From contig NZWR01000003.1 of NCBI GenBank assembly GCA_002698305.1, forward strand, positions 10,794 through 74,793: 64,000 nucleotides of DNA. The letters run 5' to 3'. Under the pieces are notes generated by a model that saw only the letters and a program-made list of their open reading frames with translations, did not search any database and was not told the DNA's origin. Below are positions 24,983 to 34,112 of this stretch, one piece after another. Position 1 is the stretch's first letter. Each line of letters begins with the position of its first letter. The translations under genes were made by a program, and so were the position numbers. The stretch is from Candidatus Campbellbacteria bacterium. Lineage in GTDB: Bacteria > Patescibacteriota > Minisyncoccia > Phycocordibacterales > UBA1006.

Positions 24983-27766
24983 TTATCTTCCTGTGGTTGA
25001 CCAATGCCAGTTTTCGATTGACCTTCCTCCTCTTTTAAGATTAAACAACCCATAGCTATTTGCGTTGTCTACCATCCAGTTGTAGCAATCACGTGTCCAC
25101 TCTTTTTTTGTTCCGTTTGTGTTTCCGTCGTGAACATTAATAGTTCCTGTTTGACCTCCTACTGTACAAGTAAAGTCTATTGCAAGTCCTGAGTTATGTT
25201 CTGATTTTCCAGGGGGGGCTGTTGGAATAGTACATGAGGATGATGGAGCATTATGTATGTCTGGACATCCATTTTTTATTCTAAGATATGCTTGTTGTTC
25301 CATTGTTCTAAAACCTCCACCTCCAAGGGATATTGAGTCGGTGGCTGCATTGGTAAGTAGATTTTGGTACTCCTCTGAAATACTTGAACACAGATATGTG
25401 CTTCCAACCTGCGTGATTCCCTGAGGGCATTTTGGGGTAGTGTATGAACCATCACCAAGATTGGGTGGATACGGCGGATACTGGGAATCATTAGCAATAA
25501 CTTCTTTAATCGCCGCTTCGTCTTCTTGATTAACTCTAACCTCTTCAATATTTGAGCCAAAATTCACTTGTAGAAGCTGTGGGTTAATCGTGTTTAGAAT
25601 GATATAGATGCTGAGGCCAAGGACTAATCCCATTAATGCTTGGGTGATGCGTGTTCGAGCATTACTTTTCCCAGTAAGGCTTTCCTCGGTCATGTACTGC
25701 ACTCCAGCAACGACAATCATAATGACTGACAATACCATCAAGAGACCAAGAGCTACTTGGAACAATGAGTTCACATAGTCTTCAAATTTGAAGGTGGTAA
25801 CATCTACCGCGACCCTTCGTGGATCGTTAGGGTCGGTAATATTACCAAGACCTGGAATAGGTGATAAGAATTCATAACAATTATCTTTGTACCCAGTTAA
25901 ATCCTCATTCGCACACGGTCCACTTGGTATAATACTCGAACCTGGGAAAACTGACTCAGGGAGGCCCGAGTTTGGATCAATTCCTGAGACTGACTCGATG
26001 GTCCAATTGGTACCACCACATAAACCTTCTGCACAATTTGCAAGTACTAACCCTCTCTCATGCGGCTCACCTGACCCTGTGTTGTTAATGGTATTAACAG
26101 TATCCCCAGCAACGTTTTCAATCTCAACACTAAAATTACAATCAGGATCATAATCAGTGTTGCAGTCATCATTGTGGGCCCTAAATGTCATTGTTAGTAG
26201 TTCACCATTTGGGGTTACTTCGAGTGTATCAGTGGTCTCTCCTCCAATATCAAAAGTTACGCCCCCGCTTGTGTTGTTGTCAGGAAATTCAATACTTATG
26301 GGGCTATTAACACAATTTGTTGTGTTCACCTTAAGAACGATAAGTGCATCATCAATTATTTCATTGTGTTGATTAAAGCTAATATCTGAACTTTCAAGAT
26401 TACAAACAGTGTTAGTACCATCTATACCTAAAATAATCTCTTCAAAATCCCAGTTATCTGAATCCCATCCCAGTAAGTTTCCTTCTCCGCAACTACCAGC
26501 ACAATTTGCAAGCCCAACTCCGCGCTCTGCCATAATCTCTTCAATATCTTCAATCATTTCAGCCCCCTGGTCAAAAATAAGGCTTGCTGATAGTTCAGGG
26601 TGCTCTCCCCACGTACTACTTGAATTAAATATTAATTCATCATTTGAGGCATCATAGATTTGAAAGTAATAAACACAATCCCATCCCCATTTCGTTGATC
26701 CCCCTTCACCATCTCTATTTTCCTCGTGACATTCAGCCTCATCTGATTCTACTTCAACAACAATCTGCCCACTATTTGTTGGTTTAATTAGTGGTGGCAT
26801 CTCTTCAATCCTTACAAAGCGAGGAGTAAGATTTTCAAGTCCTGCTGCTTTTATTACGACTCCGTCATTACAACCAGATACACTGATTTCGATATCTGTA
26901 TTTGAATCTACAACATTGCCTAGTGTGTTAATAGTATCTATGGATAAGCTGTTTACAGAACACCCTTCAATCACAGTATTATCTGGTACCTGACTTGTTG
27001 TAAAAGAAACAATTTCTCCTCGAACCTCTGTTCCTCCACCAAGGCTTTTTGCACAGGCTTGATAAAAGTAGTTTGTACTTGGTAACAAGTCTTCTATATT
27101 AGAATTCCTAAAAGAATCTGGATAGTGCTGCTCGTTTCGGTCGTATACACATTCACCCGCAACATTATTTCCATTTTGGTTGGTATTAATGATATATCCA
27201 GATTCACGAATATACGGAGTCACTATTTTTCTCCTCAATGTTGCGGATTGATAGGTAATGTTATTTTGCTGAACAGCAAGCGTCTCTACTTCGATATTTT
27301 CAAGTTGCTGTGTTGTAGGCATGGCAAAAGAAACAATCTCTCCATCTACATTAATTCCAGAATCCAATATCCCACAGGCTTTATAGTAATAGGTCGTTCC
27401 TGGTTGCAATCCAGTAAATTGCTTTTTAAAAGGAGAAGTCTGTCCATGCATAATATATCCTCCATATGCACCAGTACCTGGAATTAACCAAGAACTTTGG
27501 TTGGTGATAATACCACAGCTACTTAGTTCGACATTAGATTGATTTGTACCAACAGCAAAACCAATTTGCTTCATTTTTGAGTTATATTTTTGCTCTAGCG
27601 TTCCTTGGTCAAGGATAAGGTACCCTGATACCTCAACGCTTGTTTGAGAAAGAAACTCGGCTGGGAGAGTTTGAATATCATACTCAAGGTTAACGTTCCC
27701 TCCTTGGGCTTGTGATACTAGAAATCCAGCAAAAAATAAAAGAAAAGTGAAGAAAATTTTTTTCAT
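24983..27766 (-). CDS. composite T4SS-locus protein: secreted Fn3-like/Cys-rich ectodomain + VirB2/TrbC-like two-TM hairpin + C-terminal M15 (VanY-type) peptidoglycan peptidase
   Basis: Signal MKKIFFTFLLFFAGFLVSQAQG. Repeats end in TTYYYKACG / TNYFYQACA. TM pair ALGLLMVLSVIMIVVAGVQYM and ALMGLVLGLSIYIILNTINP. C-terminus has GGGGFRTMEQQ...PGKSEHNSGLAIDF...ENWHW, the M15 His/Asp zinc-site pattern. Confidence 0.75.
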   Translation of the reverse strand: MKKIFFTFLLFFAGFLVSQAQGGNVNLEYDIQTLPAEFLSQTSVEVSGYLILDQGTLEQKYNSKMKQIGFAVGTNQSNVELSSCGIITNQSSWLIPGTGAYGGYIMHGQTSPFKKQFTGLQPGTTYYYKACGILDSGINVDGEIVSFAMPTTQQLENIEVETLAVQQNNITYQSATLRRKIVTPYIRESGYIINTNQNGNNVAGECVYDRNEQHYPDSFRNSNIEDLLPSTNYFYQACAKSLGGGTEVRGEIVSFTTSQVPDNTVIEGCSVNSLSIDTINTLGNVVDSNTDIEISVSGCNDGVVIKAAGLENLTPRFVRIEEMPPLIKPTNSGQIVVEVESDEAECHEENRDGEGGSTKWGWDCVYYFQIYDASNDELIFNSSSTWGEHPELSASLIFDQGAEMIEDIEEIMAERGVGLANCAGSCGEGNLLGWDSDNWDFEEIILGIDGTNTVCNLESSDISFNQHNEIIDDALIVLKVNTTNCVNSPISIEFPDNNTSGGVTFDIGGETTDTLEVTPNGELLTMTFRAHNDDCNTDYDPDCNFSVEIENVAGDTVNTINNTGSGEPHERGLVLANCAEGLCGGTNWTIESVSGIDPNSGLPESVFPGSSIIPSGPCANEDLTGYKDNCYEFLSPIPGLGNITDPNDPRRVAVDVTTFKFEDYVNSLFQVALGLLMVLSVIMIVVAGVQYMTEESLTGKSNARTRITQALMGLVLGLSIYIILNTINPQLLQVNFGSNIEEVRVNQEDEAAIKEVIANDSQYPPYPPNLGDGSYTTPKCPQGITQVGSTYLCSSISEEYQNLLTNAATDSISLGGGGFRTMEQQAYLRIKNGCPDIHNAPSSSCTIPTAPPGKSEHNSGLAIDFTCTVGGQTGTINVHDGNTNGTKKEWTRDCYNWMVDNANSYGLFNLKRGGRSIENWHWSTTGR

Positions 27767-27814
27767 GTTCTGATTATACTATCCTCGCGCTGTTTTGCTA
27801 AGTAAAAACCTTGG

Positions 27815-28834
27815 TTAGGAACCAAGGTTAATATTAAGCGTTGCTCTCCCGACTCCTTTTTGGAGAATTTTTTTAATACCTTCTACAGCTGTTTCTATTT
27901 GCAGGGAGCCAGATTCTCCATTGGTGGTAAGGAAAATTTGATTTTGTTTGGCAAAGTCTTGAGGGGCTTGGTCGCGTCCGTTTACATTCCATCTAACAAA
28001 TACATCAGTAAAATTTCGAGCTGTCGTTGAGAAATATACAGGGTGAAAGGCTAATCTGATGGTGTCTTTAAGAAGATTAGGGAAATTACGCAGCGATTTT
28101 TGAGTCAAGAGCCGTCCGTCAGTGTTCATCTCATAAAAAAGAATTTCCGGGTCGATTGCGGCTGTATCAATATTAATAACATTTTCAGCAAAGGAATTCT
28201 CGCGTCGGTCGTTAGAAGTTACACTAATACGTTCATTGGTAATAATCGGGTCTGCTGTAAATTCAAATGATTGGCGTCCAAACCCCGAAGACCGAACCTG
28301 GCGGTCATAATTTCGGTCCCAATAGTAAATAAGGTTTGGGGCATCGTTTGGTTCAATGAGGAGTGTTTCAGGGATTCCTGTTACGCGGATTTCAGACTGG
28401 CGAATAGGCAATGCTTTTCCTTTATAAAAAGGTGGGGTATAGCTATCAACCGTCTCCCACAACAAATCAATGTTTGATGGAGCAAAACCCAGTTCTTTAC
28501 GTAAAGAACGTCCCTGGTAATCAACGACAATAGTGATGTTGGTCGGTTCACCCGTGTTTCCGTTGGTAAAGCTGTAGTCACGTTCACCAAATCCAGAGAG
28601 GACACGCTGGCCATTTTTAAACCAAGAAATAAATTCATTATTAAGATTAAAACTGTAACTCGTCACCCGAAGATCAACCTGTTCGTTGGGTCCTGGAATT
28701 TCAGGTTTGATATCGACAGAAATATCATCAGCGCTATACAAATCAAATTGCTGAGCTCCCGTATGTTCAGCAAAGGTAAAAAAACAGGCACTGAACAAGA
28801 ACGCAAATATAAAAATGTGAGAAAGCTGTTTCAC
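27815..28834 (-). CDS. secreted hypothetical protein of the T4SS-like locus
   Basis: GTG start. Signal MKQLSHIFIFAFLFSACFFTFA. TATACT lies 6 nt upstream of the start. Confidence 0.6.
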   Translation of the reverse strand: MKQLSHIFIFAFLFSACFFTFAEHTGAQQFDLYSADDISVDIKPEIPGPNEQVDLRVTSYSFNLNNEFISWFKNGQRVLSGFGERDYSFTNGNTGEPTNITIVVDYQGRSLRKELGFAPSNIDLLWETVDSYTPPFYKGKALPIRQSEIRVTGIPETLLIEPNDAPNLIYYWDRNYDRQVRSSGFGRQSFEFTADPIITNERISVTSNDRRENSFAENVINIDTAAIDPEILFYEMNTDGRLLTQKSLRNFPNLLKDTIRLAFHPVYFSTTARNFTDVFVRWNVNGRDQAPQDFAKQNQIFLTTNGESGSLQIETAVEGIKKILQKGVGRATLNINLGS

Positions 28835-28890
28835 GTCATCAGTATACTATTTTTTCTGATTGTTTATAAGCCATATAAAAAGAACAGCTG

Positions 28891-29550
28891 CTACTGTCCT
28901 AGTTGTGGAATATTTCGGTGACTCTCTCCTGGGTTGAACATGTTATAGAACACCTCAATAGCTTGTTCAGTGTTTAATTGTTCTGATCGCACCCCAAAAC
29001 GAGAAAGCCCTCCTTTTACAATAGCAACACGCTGTTCAAGCTGGCTTCGTTGCTCTTCAAATTTCGCAGATTCTTCTTGGAAATTCTTCTTTTTACTACC
29101 CAAGAATAACTGTTGGAAAATATTTTGATCTGGAGCTTTGCTAAAGGCACTTCCAGTATATGGAACAACAACGTAGAATTTCTTAGACATTACATTGACT
29201 GAGTCGTTAAACCATTTAATGAATTCAATGTACTCACGCGTTTGAAGACGAAGCAATTCTTCTTCCTGCTGTTCAATCCGCCTTTCAAGAGTAAGAAGAT
29301 AGGGCTTGATATCATAACGTCGTGATTGCACAGCAATTTCAACTGGGAATTCAATAGAGTTTAAAAAGCCTTGGAACTGCATAATAACCGCCTGCTGCTC
29401 GTCAGGTGATTTTAACGCAATATTAATTGCTGAAGCTAGAAGAATAGCTCGCAAGCTCCCGTCTTCAAGAACGACAATACCATCCCGAATTTCTTTTACT
29501 GGAATAAAATCTTGCGTTCGTGATCCCGAATATTTTTTAGTCTCCGCCAT
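28891..29550 (-). CDS. cytoplasmic hypothetical protein of the T4SS-like locus
   Basis: 219 aa, no TM. DFIPVKEIRDGIVVLEDGSLRAILLASAINIALKSPDEQQAVI resembles N-terminal regions of Gram-positive conjugation ATPase-associated proteins. Weak, by eye. Confidence 0.55.
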   Translation of the reverse strand: MAETKKYSGSRTQDFIPVKEIRDGIVVLEDGSLRAILLASAINIALKSPDEQQAVIMQFQGFLNSIEFPVEIAVQSRRYDIKPYLLTLERRIEQQEEELLRLQTREYIEFIKWFNDSVNVMSKKFYVVVPYTGSAFSKAPDQNIFQQLFLGSKKKNFQEESAKFEEQRSQLEQRVAIVKGGLSRFGVRSEQLNTEQAIEVFYNMFNPGESHRNIPQLGQ

Positions 29551-29990
29551 AAGTATCCCTAGTATACCTTATTTTCAATAAGGTATACTAGGGATACTTC
29601 CCTGAACTTGTTTCAGGGTCCCCCATCATGAAAAAGTATTTTGTCTATATTCTTACTAATAAAAATCACACTGTTTTATATATTGGTATGACGGGTAATT
29701 TAAGGGAAAGAATTCTTAAACACAGAGTTGGAAACGCTGCTCCATTTATGACACAATATAATTACAAAAAACTAGTTTACTTTTGTAGGTGTTTAGACAA
29801 AGTAGAAGCACTGAAAAAAGAAAAACAAATAAAAAACTGGAGACGTGAATGGAAAATTACGCTTATAGAAAAACAAAATCCTCTGTGGGAGGATTTTTTT
29901 GATTACCTTGTTTAAGTTGTGGGTTCAGGCCCTGAAACAAGTTCAGGGCTTGGACTTTGACGAGTAACTAGTTACTCGTCAAAGTCCAAG
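29551..29990. mobile_element. GIY-YIG mini-cassette bracketed by perfect palindromes and inverted 19-nt hairpins
   Basis: Left: a 23-bp perfect inverted repeat, 29551-29573 with 29577-29599. Hairpin CCCTGAACTTGTTTCAGGG at 29600-29618 has its exact reverse complement at 29930-29948. Right: a 42-bp perfect palindrome at 29949-29990. Confidence 0.5.
29628..29915 (+). CDS. GIY-YIG nuclease family protein (YhbQ/UPF0213-like, 95 aa)
   Basis: KYFVYILTNKNHTVLYIGMTGNLRERILKHR...KEKQIKNWRREWK carries the GIY..YIG, Arg and Glu motifs. It is the only plus-strand gene inside the minus-strand T4SS-like block between 21.3 and 34 kb. Confidence 0.85.
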   Translation: MKKYFVYILTNKNHTVLYIGMTGNLRERILKHRVGNAAPFMTQYNYKKLVYFCRCLDKVEALKKEKQIKNWRREWKITLIEKQNPLWEDFFDYLV

Positions 29991-30391
29991 ATATCGAGGC
30001 TCCACGCAAGATCTGAAATTTTTTGATCGTTAGTTTCTTCAGGTAAATCGCCTTCTTTTGGAAAAGGTTTGTGGATTTGCTGTACATTTCGAGCCCCAGG
30101 TTCCGGATCTTTTTGTCGCCACAGATAGAATTTATTTGAAAAGCTGTATAGGATAAATGACTCTACCATTTCAATAAAAGGACGTCCATTTGGTTTGTAA
30201 AAAACCAAGGCAAGCGCAAAGCCCCCAATAGGTGCCCCAAGCAAGATGGCTGCAAATGTCGGCAGTGATTTGTAGAGAATAAAAATAATTCCTGCCCCAC
30301 CGACAAGGTATAAAGTTTCTCTAAACGTAAATGGACCAAATAGTTTGTCGGGTACATTGATAAATTGTGGCACTTCAAACCTCATTAACAT
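29972..30391 (-). CDS. PrgI/TcpE-type (VirB3-like) small membrane protein
   Basis: FEVPQFINVPDKLFGPFTFRETLYLVGGAGIIFILY followed by a second TM PIGGFALALVFY. This pattern is typical of the VirB3 analogues of Gram-positive T4SS. Confidence 0.65.
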   Translation of the reverse strand: MLMRFEVPQFINVPDKLFGPFTFRETLYLVGGAGIIFILYKSLPTFAAILLGAPIGGFALALVFYKPNGRPFIEMVESFILYSFSNKFYLWRQKDPEPGARNVQQIHKPFPKEGDLPEETNDQKISDLAWSLDILDFDE

Positions 30392-30438
30392 AAGTATAGC
30401 AAGTGCAAACTAAAAAGAAACATCGATGCTGATGTTTC

Positions 30439-31281
30439 TTAGTCTTTACTAATATCTTGCAAGCTTGGCTCAGATGATTGCTCTTTTTGGTATATGTGAG
30501 ATTCAACAGCTGGGGCAAACCCTTGTAGATGAATTTTTTTATCATGAGAATGATCAGGGGTATAGTTGCCTTGCCCAAAATCACGCCCTGTCGCTGCGCG
30601 AGTTTCTTCAGGAACAAACGCTGACAATGGATCGCCTTGTTTTAATATTTTCGTATCAGTTCGGTGCCCGCTAATTCCCTCAAGGTCTTTGTGAGTAATT
30701 TCTTCATTATAGCTGGTGGTGCTTTTCTCTAGCGTTGTTTGCGGTTCTTCGATGGTTTCATTATTTGCGACTTCTTTGTGTTCGGTAGCTCCTCCTAGAA
30801 TTGCAGCGACTTCTTTGTGAAGATGCGTATCAACAGAATCACGGGATTCATCTTCATCAACAAGGTGTACGCCAGAACCAGAAAGGTCACCTCGGAAATC
30901 ATCATGATCAATTGGTTCAAGGTATGGGTCAAATTGGACCGTTGTATCTTTTTGTGTGAGATGAGGCTGAACGTTTGTAGAAGTAAAGGATGCTTTTTGT
31001 ATGGGGGAGAGCACAGTGCTGTTAATATCGTTCACCAATGATTTAACTTTTTCTGGAAGGACACCTAAATGTTTCTGAATATGATTTGAGAGTTCATCTG
31101 GCTTACTCATTCCCACAATGACAAGCATAATTTCTCGATAGAGCTCGTCCTCTTGGTCAATACTGAGTTTGTGTGCGCGAGCAATCTCAGTAAGTTTTTT
31201 TGGCCATGGAAAATTTTTGACAGCTGATTTAATATTATCTGGAAGTTCTTCGATTTTCCGTTGAATAATGTCGTGTATCAT
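30439..31281 (-). CDS. hypothetical protein of the T4SS-like locus
   Basis: Start moved to ATG 31281 (MIHDIIQRK), with GGTATACT 6 nt upstream. No recognisable domain. Confidence 0.55.
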   Translation of the reverse strand: MIHDIIQRKIEELPDNIKSAVKNFPWPKKLTEIARAHKLSIDQEDELYREIMLVIVGMSKPDELSNHIQKHLGVLPEKVKSLVNDINSTVLSPIQKASFTSTNVQPHLTQKDTTVQFDPYLEPIDHDDFRGDLSGSGVHLVDEDESRDSVDTHLHKEVAAILGGATEHKEVANNETIEEPQTTLEKSTTSYNEEITHKDLEGISGHRTDTKILKQGDPLSAFVPEETRAATGRDFGQGNYTPDHSHDKKIHLQGFAPAVESHIYQKEQSSEPSLQDISKD

Positions 31282-31315
31282 GACCATAGTATACCTTAGT
31301 ACCTCCAAGGGATAA

Positions 31316-31340
31316 AATAAAAACACCATTAATGGTGTTT
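31316..31340 (-). terminator. hairpin terminator after the 104-aa gene
   Basis: Perfect palindrome AAACACCATTAATGGTGTTT with flanking A/T runs. Confidence 0.7.
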
Positions 31341-31655
31341 TTATTTGTGTTTATATATTTCTGTGTGAATCAGTTTTAGGATTTTTTGTATATCTTCAGT
31401 TTCTCGAGCTCGCAGAGCAATACTTATATTGTCATCGGCAGATTTTAAAGAAATCATATCAAGTAGGTAGCCAATAGCATTTTCTTGCACCTCTCGTGAT
31501 TCATCATTTCCTAGTGCAAATGATGTTTCAATTTTTTGTATATCTTTCGCCATATCTCCTGATTCTAGATATTCCTGAGTTTGGGTTGAACTATTAACAA
31601 AATACTCTGCTAGAAGCTCTGCCTGTTTAGACGTGTTGTTTGGTTCTGTTGTCAT
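31341..31655 (-). CDS. small acidic hypothetical protein of the T4SS-like locus
   Basis: 104-aa ORF 8 nt downstream of the VirB6-like gene, same strand. Confidence 0.5.
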   Translation of the reverse strand: MTTEPNNTSKQAELLAEYFVNSSTQTQEYLESGDMAKDIQKIETSFALGNDESREVQENAIGYLLDMISLKSADDNISIALRARETEDIQKILKLIHTEIYKHK

Positions 31656-31663
31656 AATAATTG

Positions 31664-33973
31664 TTAGTTACCTTTTTTCTCGTTTTTATATCGGGCCTTG
31701 CTGAGATCTCTGTCAAAATCCTTGCCATCGTTGGCAAACATTCCTCCTACTTTAGTTTTACGTTCTTTTCTTAATTCTTGAATACGAGGATTTTTCCCAA
31801 TCCAGCTGGCGAGATATCCAGCAGCAGCTCCACCTAAGGCTGCTCCAACATATGCACCTGCCCCAGGAAGAACGATTGATGTAATTGTTCCTCCTAATAC
31901 TGCACCAACGGTAGAAGCTTTTTTGGTATCACCATATCCACCTTGTTGTTCTCGCGCGTCTAGATACTGTTCTGTTCTTCTTCGACCATCCTGTGCAAAT
32001 GGAGTATTTGTATCCAAGATCTTTTGATCCTTGTCAGTTAGGTCATCTTTCCTGCCTTTAATTTCAACCTTCAGTTGGCCAATTTCAGCCTTGAGGCCAT
32101 CAGCTTTTCCAATCTTCTCATTGTCAATTGGCCTCCCAGCATCTTTATCATCTTGTATAAGTCTTCGTACATCCTTGAGGTCTTCTTGTTTTTTAGTAAC
32201 ATCCTCCTCTTTTTTTAGAATTTCATTTTCAATCTCTTTAACTCGTTTAACCTCAAAGCTAGGTTTTCCATTCTCATCAAGAAGAATATCCCCTGCCTTA
32301 GCTTCGTCATAGTTTCCTGGGCCAGCAAGCATTTCTCTTGTAGCATTTTCACTCTGAGCTTGAGCTTCGGTCATTCGCGTGTATGAACGAACCCCGTATG
32401 CACCATCTCGGTAGTTGTCTTCTTTGGTCGACATCCAGTCATTGAATTTAGTTGCTTTCTCTTCTTTTTCTTTTGCAATTCTTTCTTGTCGCGGCTTGAA
32501 TCCTTCTTTAACATTTAAGGCGTTCGTAGCTGTAATACCTGTTTGTTTTCCTAGGTATTGTGCTGCTTTTGTTTGCCTAAAATCAAAGGTTGATGATTGG
32601 GCGCGATCAGCAAGGTTGTATGCTGAACGACCAAGGCTTCCGCTTTTTGCAGCCAGGTTTTTAAATCGTTCTGATTTCATCGCCCGGCCTGCTACTGCCC
32701 CAACTGTTCCTCGTGCTGCTAATGCCGCTCCTCCAGTTGCAACACCAAGCCCAACAGCAGCTGCACCTCCAACGGCCTTGTTTACGACATGGCTGATAGT
32801 TCCGGCGATTTCTCCTGACATTTTTTGCGCCACTCTTTTTGAAAGCATGATAATGGCAACAATTCCAAGCATCGGAATAATGACGTAGAATATTTGTTTA
32901 ATAAAATCATTCGTTGCTCCTGATTCAGAAACAATATTGATATTCATGAATTTAATAGCAAGGAAGAGGAAAAAGAGAAAGGCTGCCGGCATAAAGGCCA
33001 TCTTAATAAGATCGTTCAGCCATTTTTTAAATCCTACATAAGGCAAGCTCTCCATTCCGGGGACCGTAATAGAGGCGAAAGCAAGGGGGGCAAGCACCAC
33101 GGTGATATATAAACCAATAGTTCTCCCAAGCATGAGTAAGGCTACCGACATAAAGGTGAAAATTATAACAGCGTTTATAATTCCGATAATAAAGACGAGC
33201 ACGAGCCTCACTCCTGTACTTGCATTACTTCCTCCTTCAGCACCAACTTCGTTGAGGATTTTTTGCGGATTGAATTTTGCTGCAATCGCCAATGAGACGG
33301 ACTCTTCTCCAGACAAATCATTAACCAAATCCCCATCATTGATGGCCTGCCCTTCTCCGTCAATAATTGTGGTGTTTTGAGCAGTACCACCAATATTGTT
33401 ATAGAACACAAACCCTAATACATTACCAAGATCAACCAAAAGAAATGAGAAAAATAAACTAAAGTTAATAGTTAGAGCCACCAGTATTGTTTTAACGAGT
33501 CGCTGCTTATCATCTCGTCCCGCCATACCGAGCACCATTTTGAACGCCATTACAAGTAGTGCAAATATAAACAATACATTCGTAAGATCACGTAATATTT
33601 CCCATCCTTCTACAATAAAACCAGCATCACGATAGGAGGAGCTTTGCAGGGTAAATTCCATGAAAAAGTCCAGCACCATTCCTGCAACCAAAACCAAGAA
33701 ACCTCCAACCGTAATAAGAAGCATTTGGAAAAAGTTTACAATTCCACACCCAAAGTCGTACCATGTACAGTCAAGATATCCGACATCCTGCGATCCAGCG
33801 GGTGTTGGTGGGTTGTTCGCGTCAAAACCGCCTCCTTCTACACCGCCGTCACCAGCACTGCCTTGTGCGTACACAACCGCGGGACTTATCCCTGACTCGT
33901 TCTGCGTAACAGGCGGAGTAACAATAGCAGTAAAAAAGACAAAAACTAGTAAAATCTTAATAAAGGTTTTCAT
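31664..33973 (-). CDS. polytopic VirB6/TrbL-like membrane protein with long Lys/Glu-rich coiled-coil region and C-terminal Gly-zipper TM
   Basis: Signal/TM at the N-terminus, at least 6 hydrophobic helices between residues ~70 and 420, then KEEDVTKKQEDLKDVRRLIQDDKD..., then GAVLGGTITSIVLPGAGAYVGAALGGAAAGYL. Confidence 0.6.
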   Translation of the reverse strand: MKTFIKILLVFVFFTAIVTPPVTQNESGISPAVVYAQGSAGDGGVEGGGFDANNPPTPAGSQDVGYLDCTWYDFGCGIVNFFQMLLITVGGFLVLVAGMVLDFFMEFTLQSSSYRDAGFIVEGWEILRDLTNVLFIFALLVMAFKMVLGMAGRDDKQRLVKTILVALTINFSLFFSFLLVDLGNVLGFVFYNNIGGTAQNTTIIDGEGQAINDGDLVNDLSGEESVSLAIAAKFNPQKILNEVGAEGGSNASTGVRLVLVFIIGIINAVIIFTFMSVALLMLGRTIGLYITVVLAPLAFASITVPGMESLPYVGFKKWLNDLIKMAFMPAAFLFFLFLAIKFMNINIVSESGATNDFIKQIFYVIIPMLGIVAIIMLSKRVAQKMSGEIAGTISHVVNKAVGGAAAVGLGVATGGAALAARGTVGAVAGRAMKSERFKNLAAKSGSLGRSAYNLADRAQSSTFDFRQTKAAQYLGKQTGITATNALNVKEGFKPRQERIAKEKEEKATKFNDWMSTKEDNYRDGAYGVRSYTRMTEAQAQSENATREMLAGPGNYDEAKAGDILLDENGKPSFEVKRVKEIENEILKKEEDVTKKQEDLKDVRRLIQDDKDAGRPIDNEKIGKADGLKAEIGQLKVEIKGRKDDLTDKDQKILDTNTPFAQDGRRRTEQYLDAREQQGGYGDTKKASTVGAVLGGTITSIVLPGAGAYVGAALGGAAAGYLASWIGKNPRIQELRKERKTKVGGMFANDGKDFDRDLSKARYKNEKKGN

Positions 33974-34112
33974 AAATATCTTTATTATATGTTATATGTG
34001 CTGGTTAGCATACTCTTTGTTTTCCTTTATTTATCCACAGTTGATAGCAAAAGCATTTACAGAGGTTGAAATTATATGTCATAATAAAGAAAATAATAAA
34101 AATCCATATACT

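Noticed and set aside
32415-32888. 157-aa plus-strand ORF, and similar antisense ORFs at 5466-5904, 26157-26657, 36186-36497 and 46761-47114
   Set aside because: All lie fully inside, and antisense to, long well-supported minus-strand genes. Their translations are low-complexity Ser/Pro/Ala-rich sequences typical of antisense frames.
33660-34112. N-terminal 151 codons of ORF 33660-34577
   Set aside because: This part is antisense to the VirB6-like gene. A signal-peptide-bearing start (ATG 34113) gives a sensible 154-aa secreted protein.
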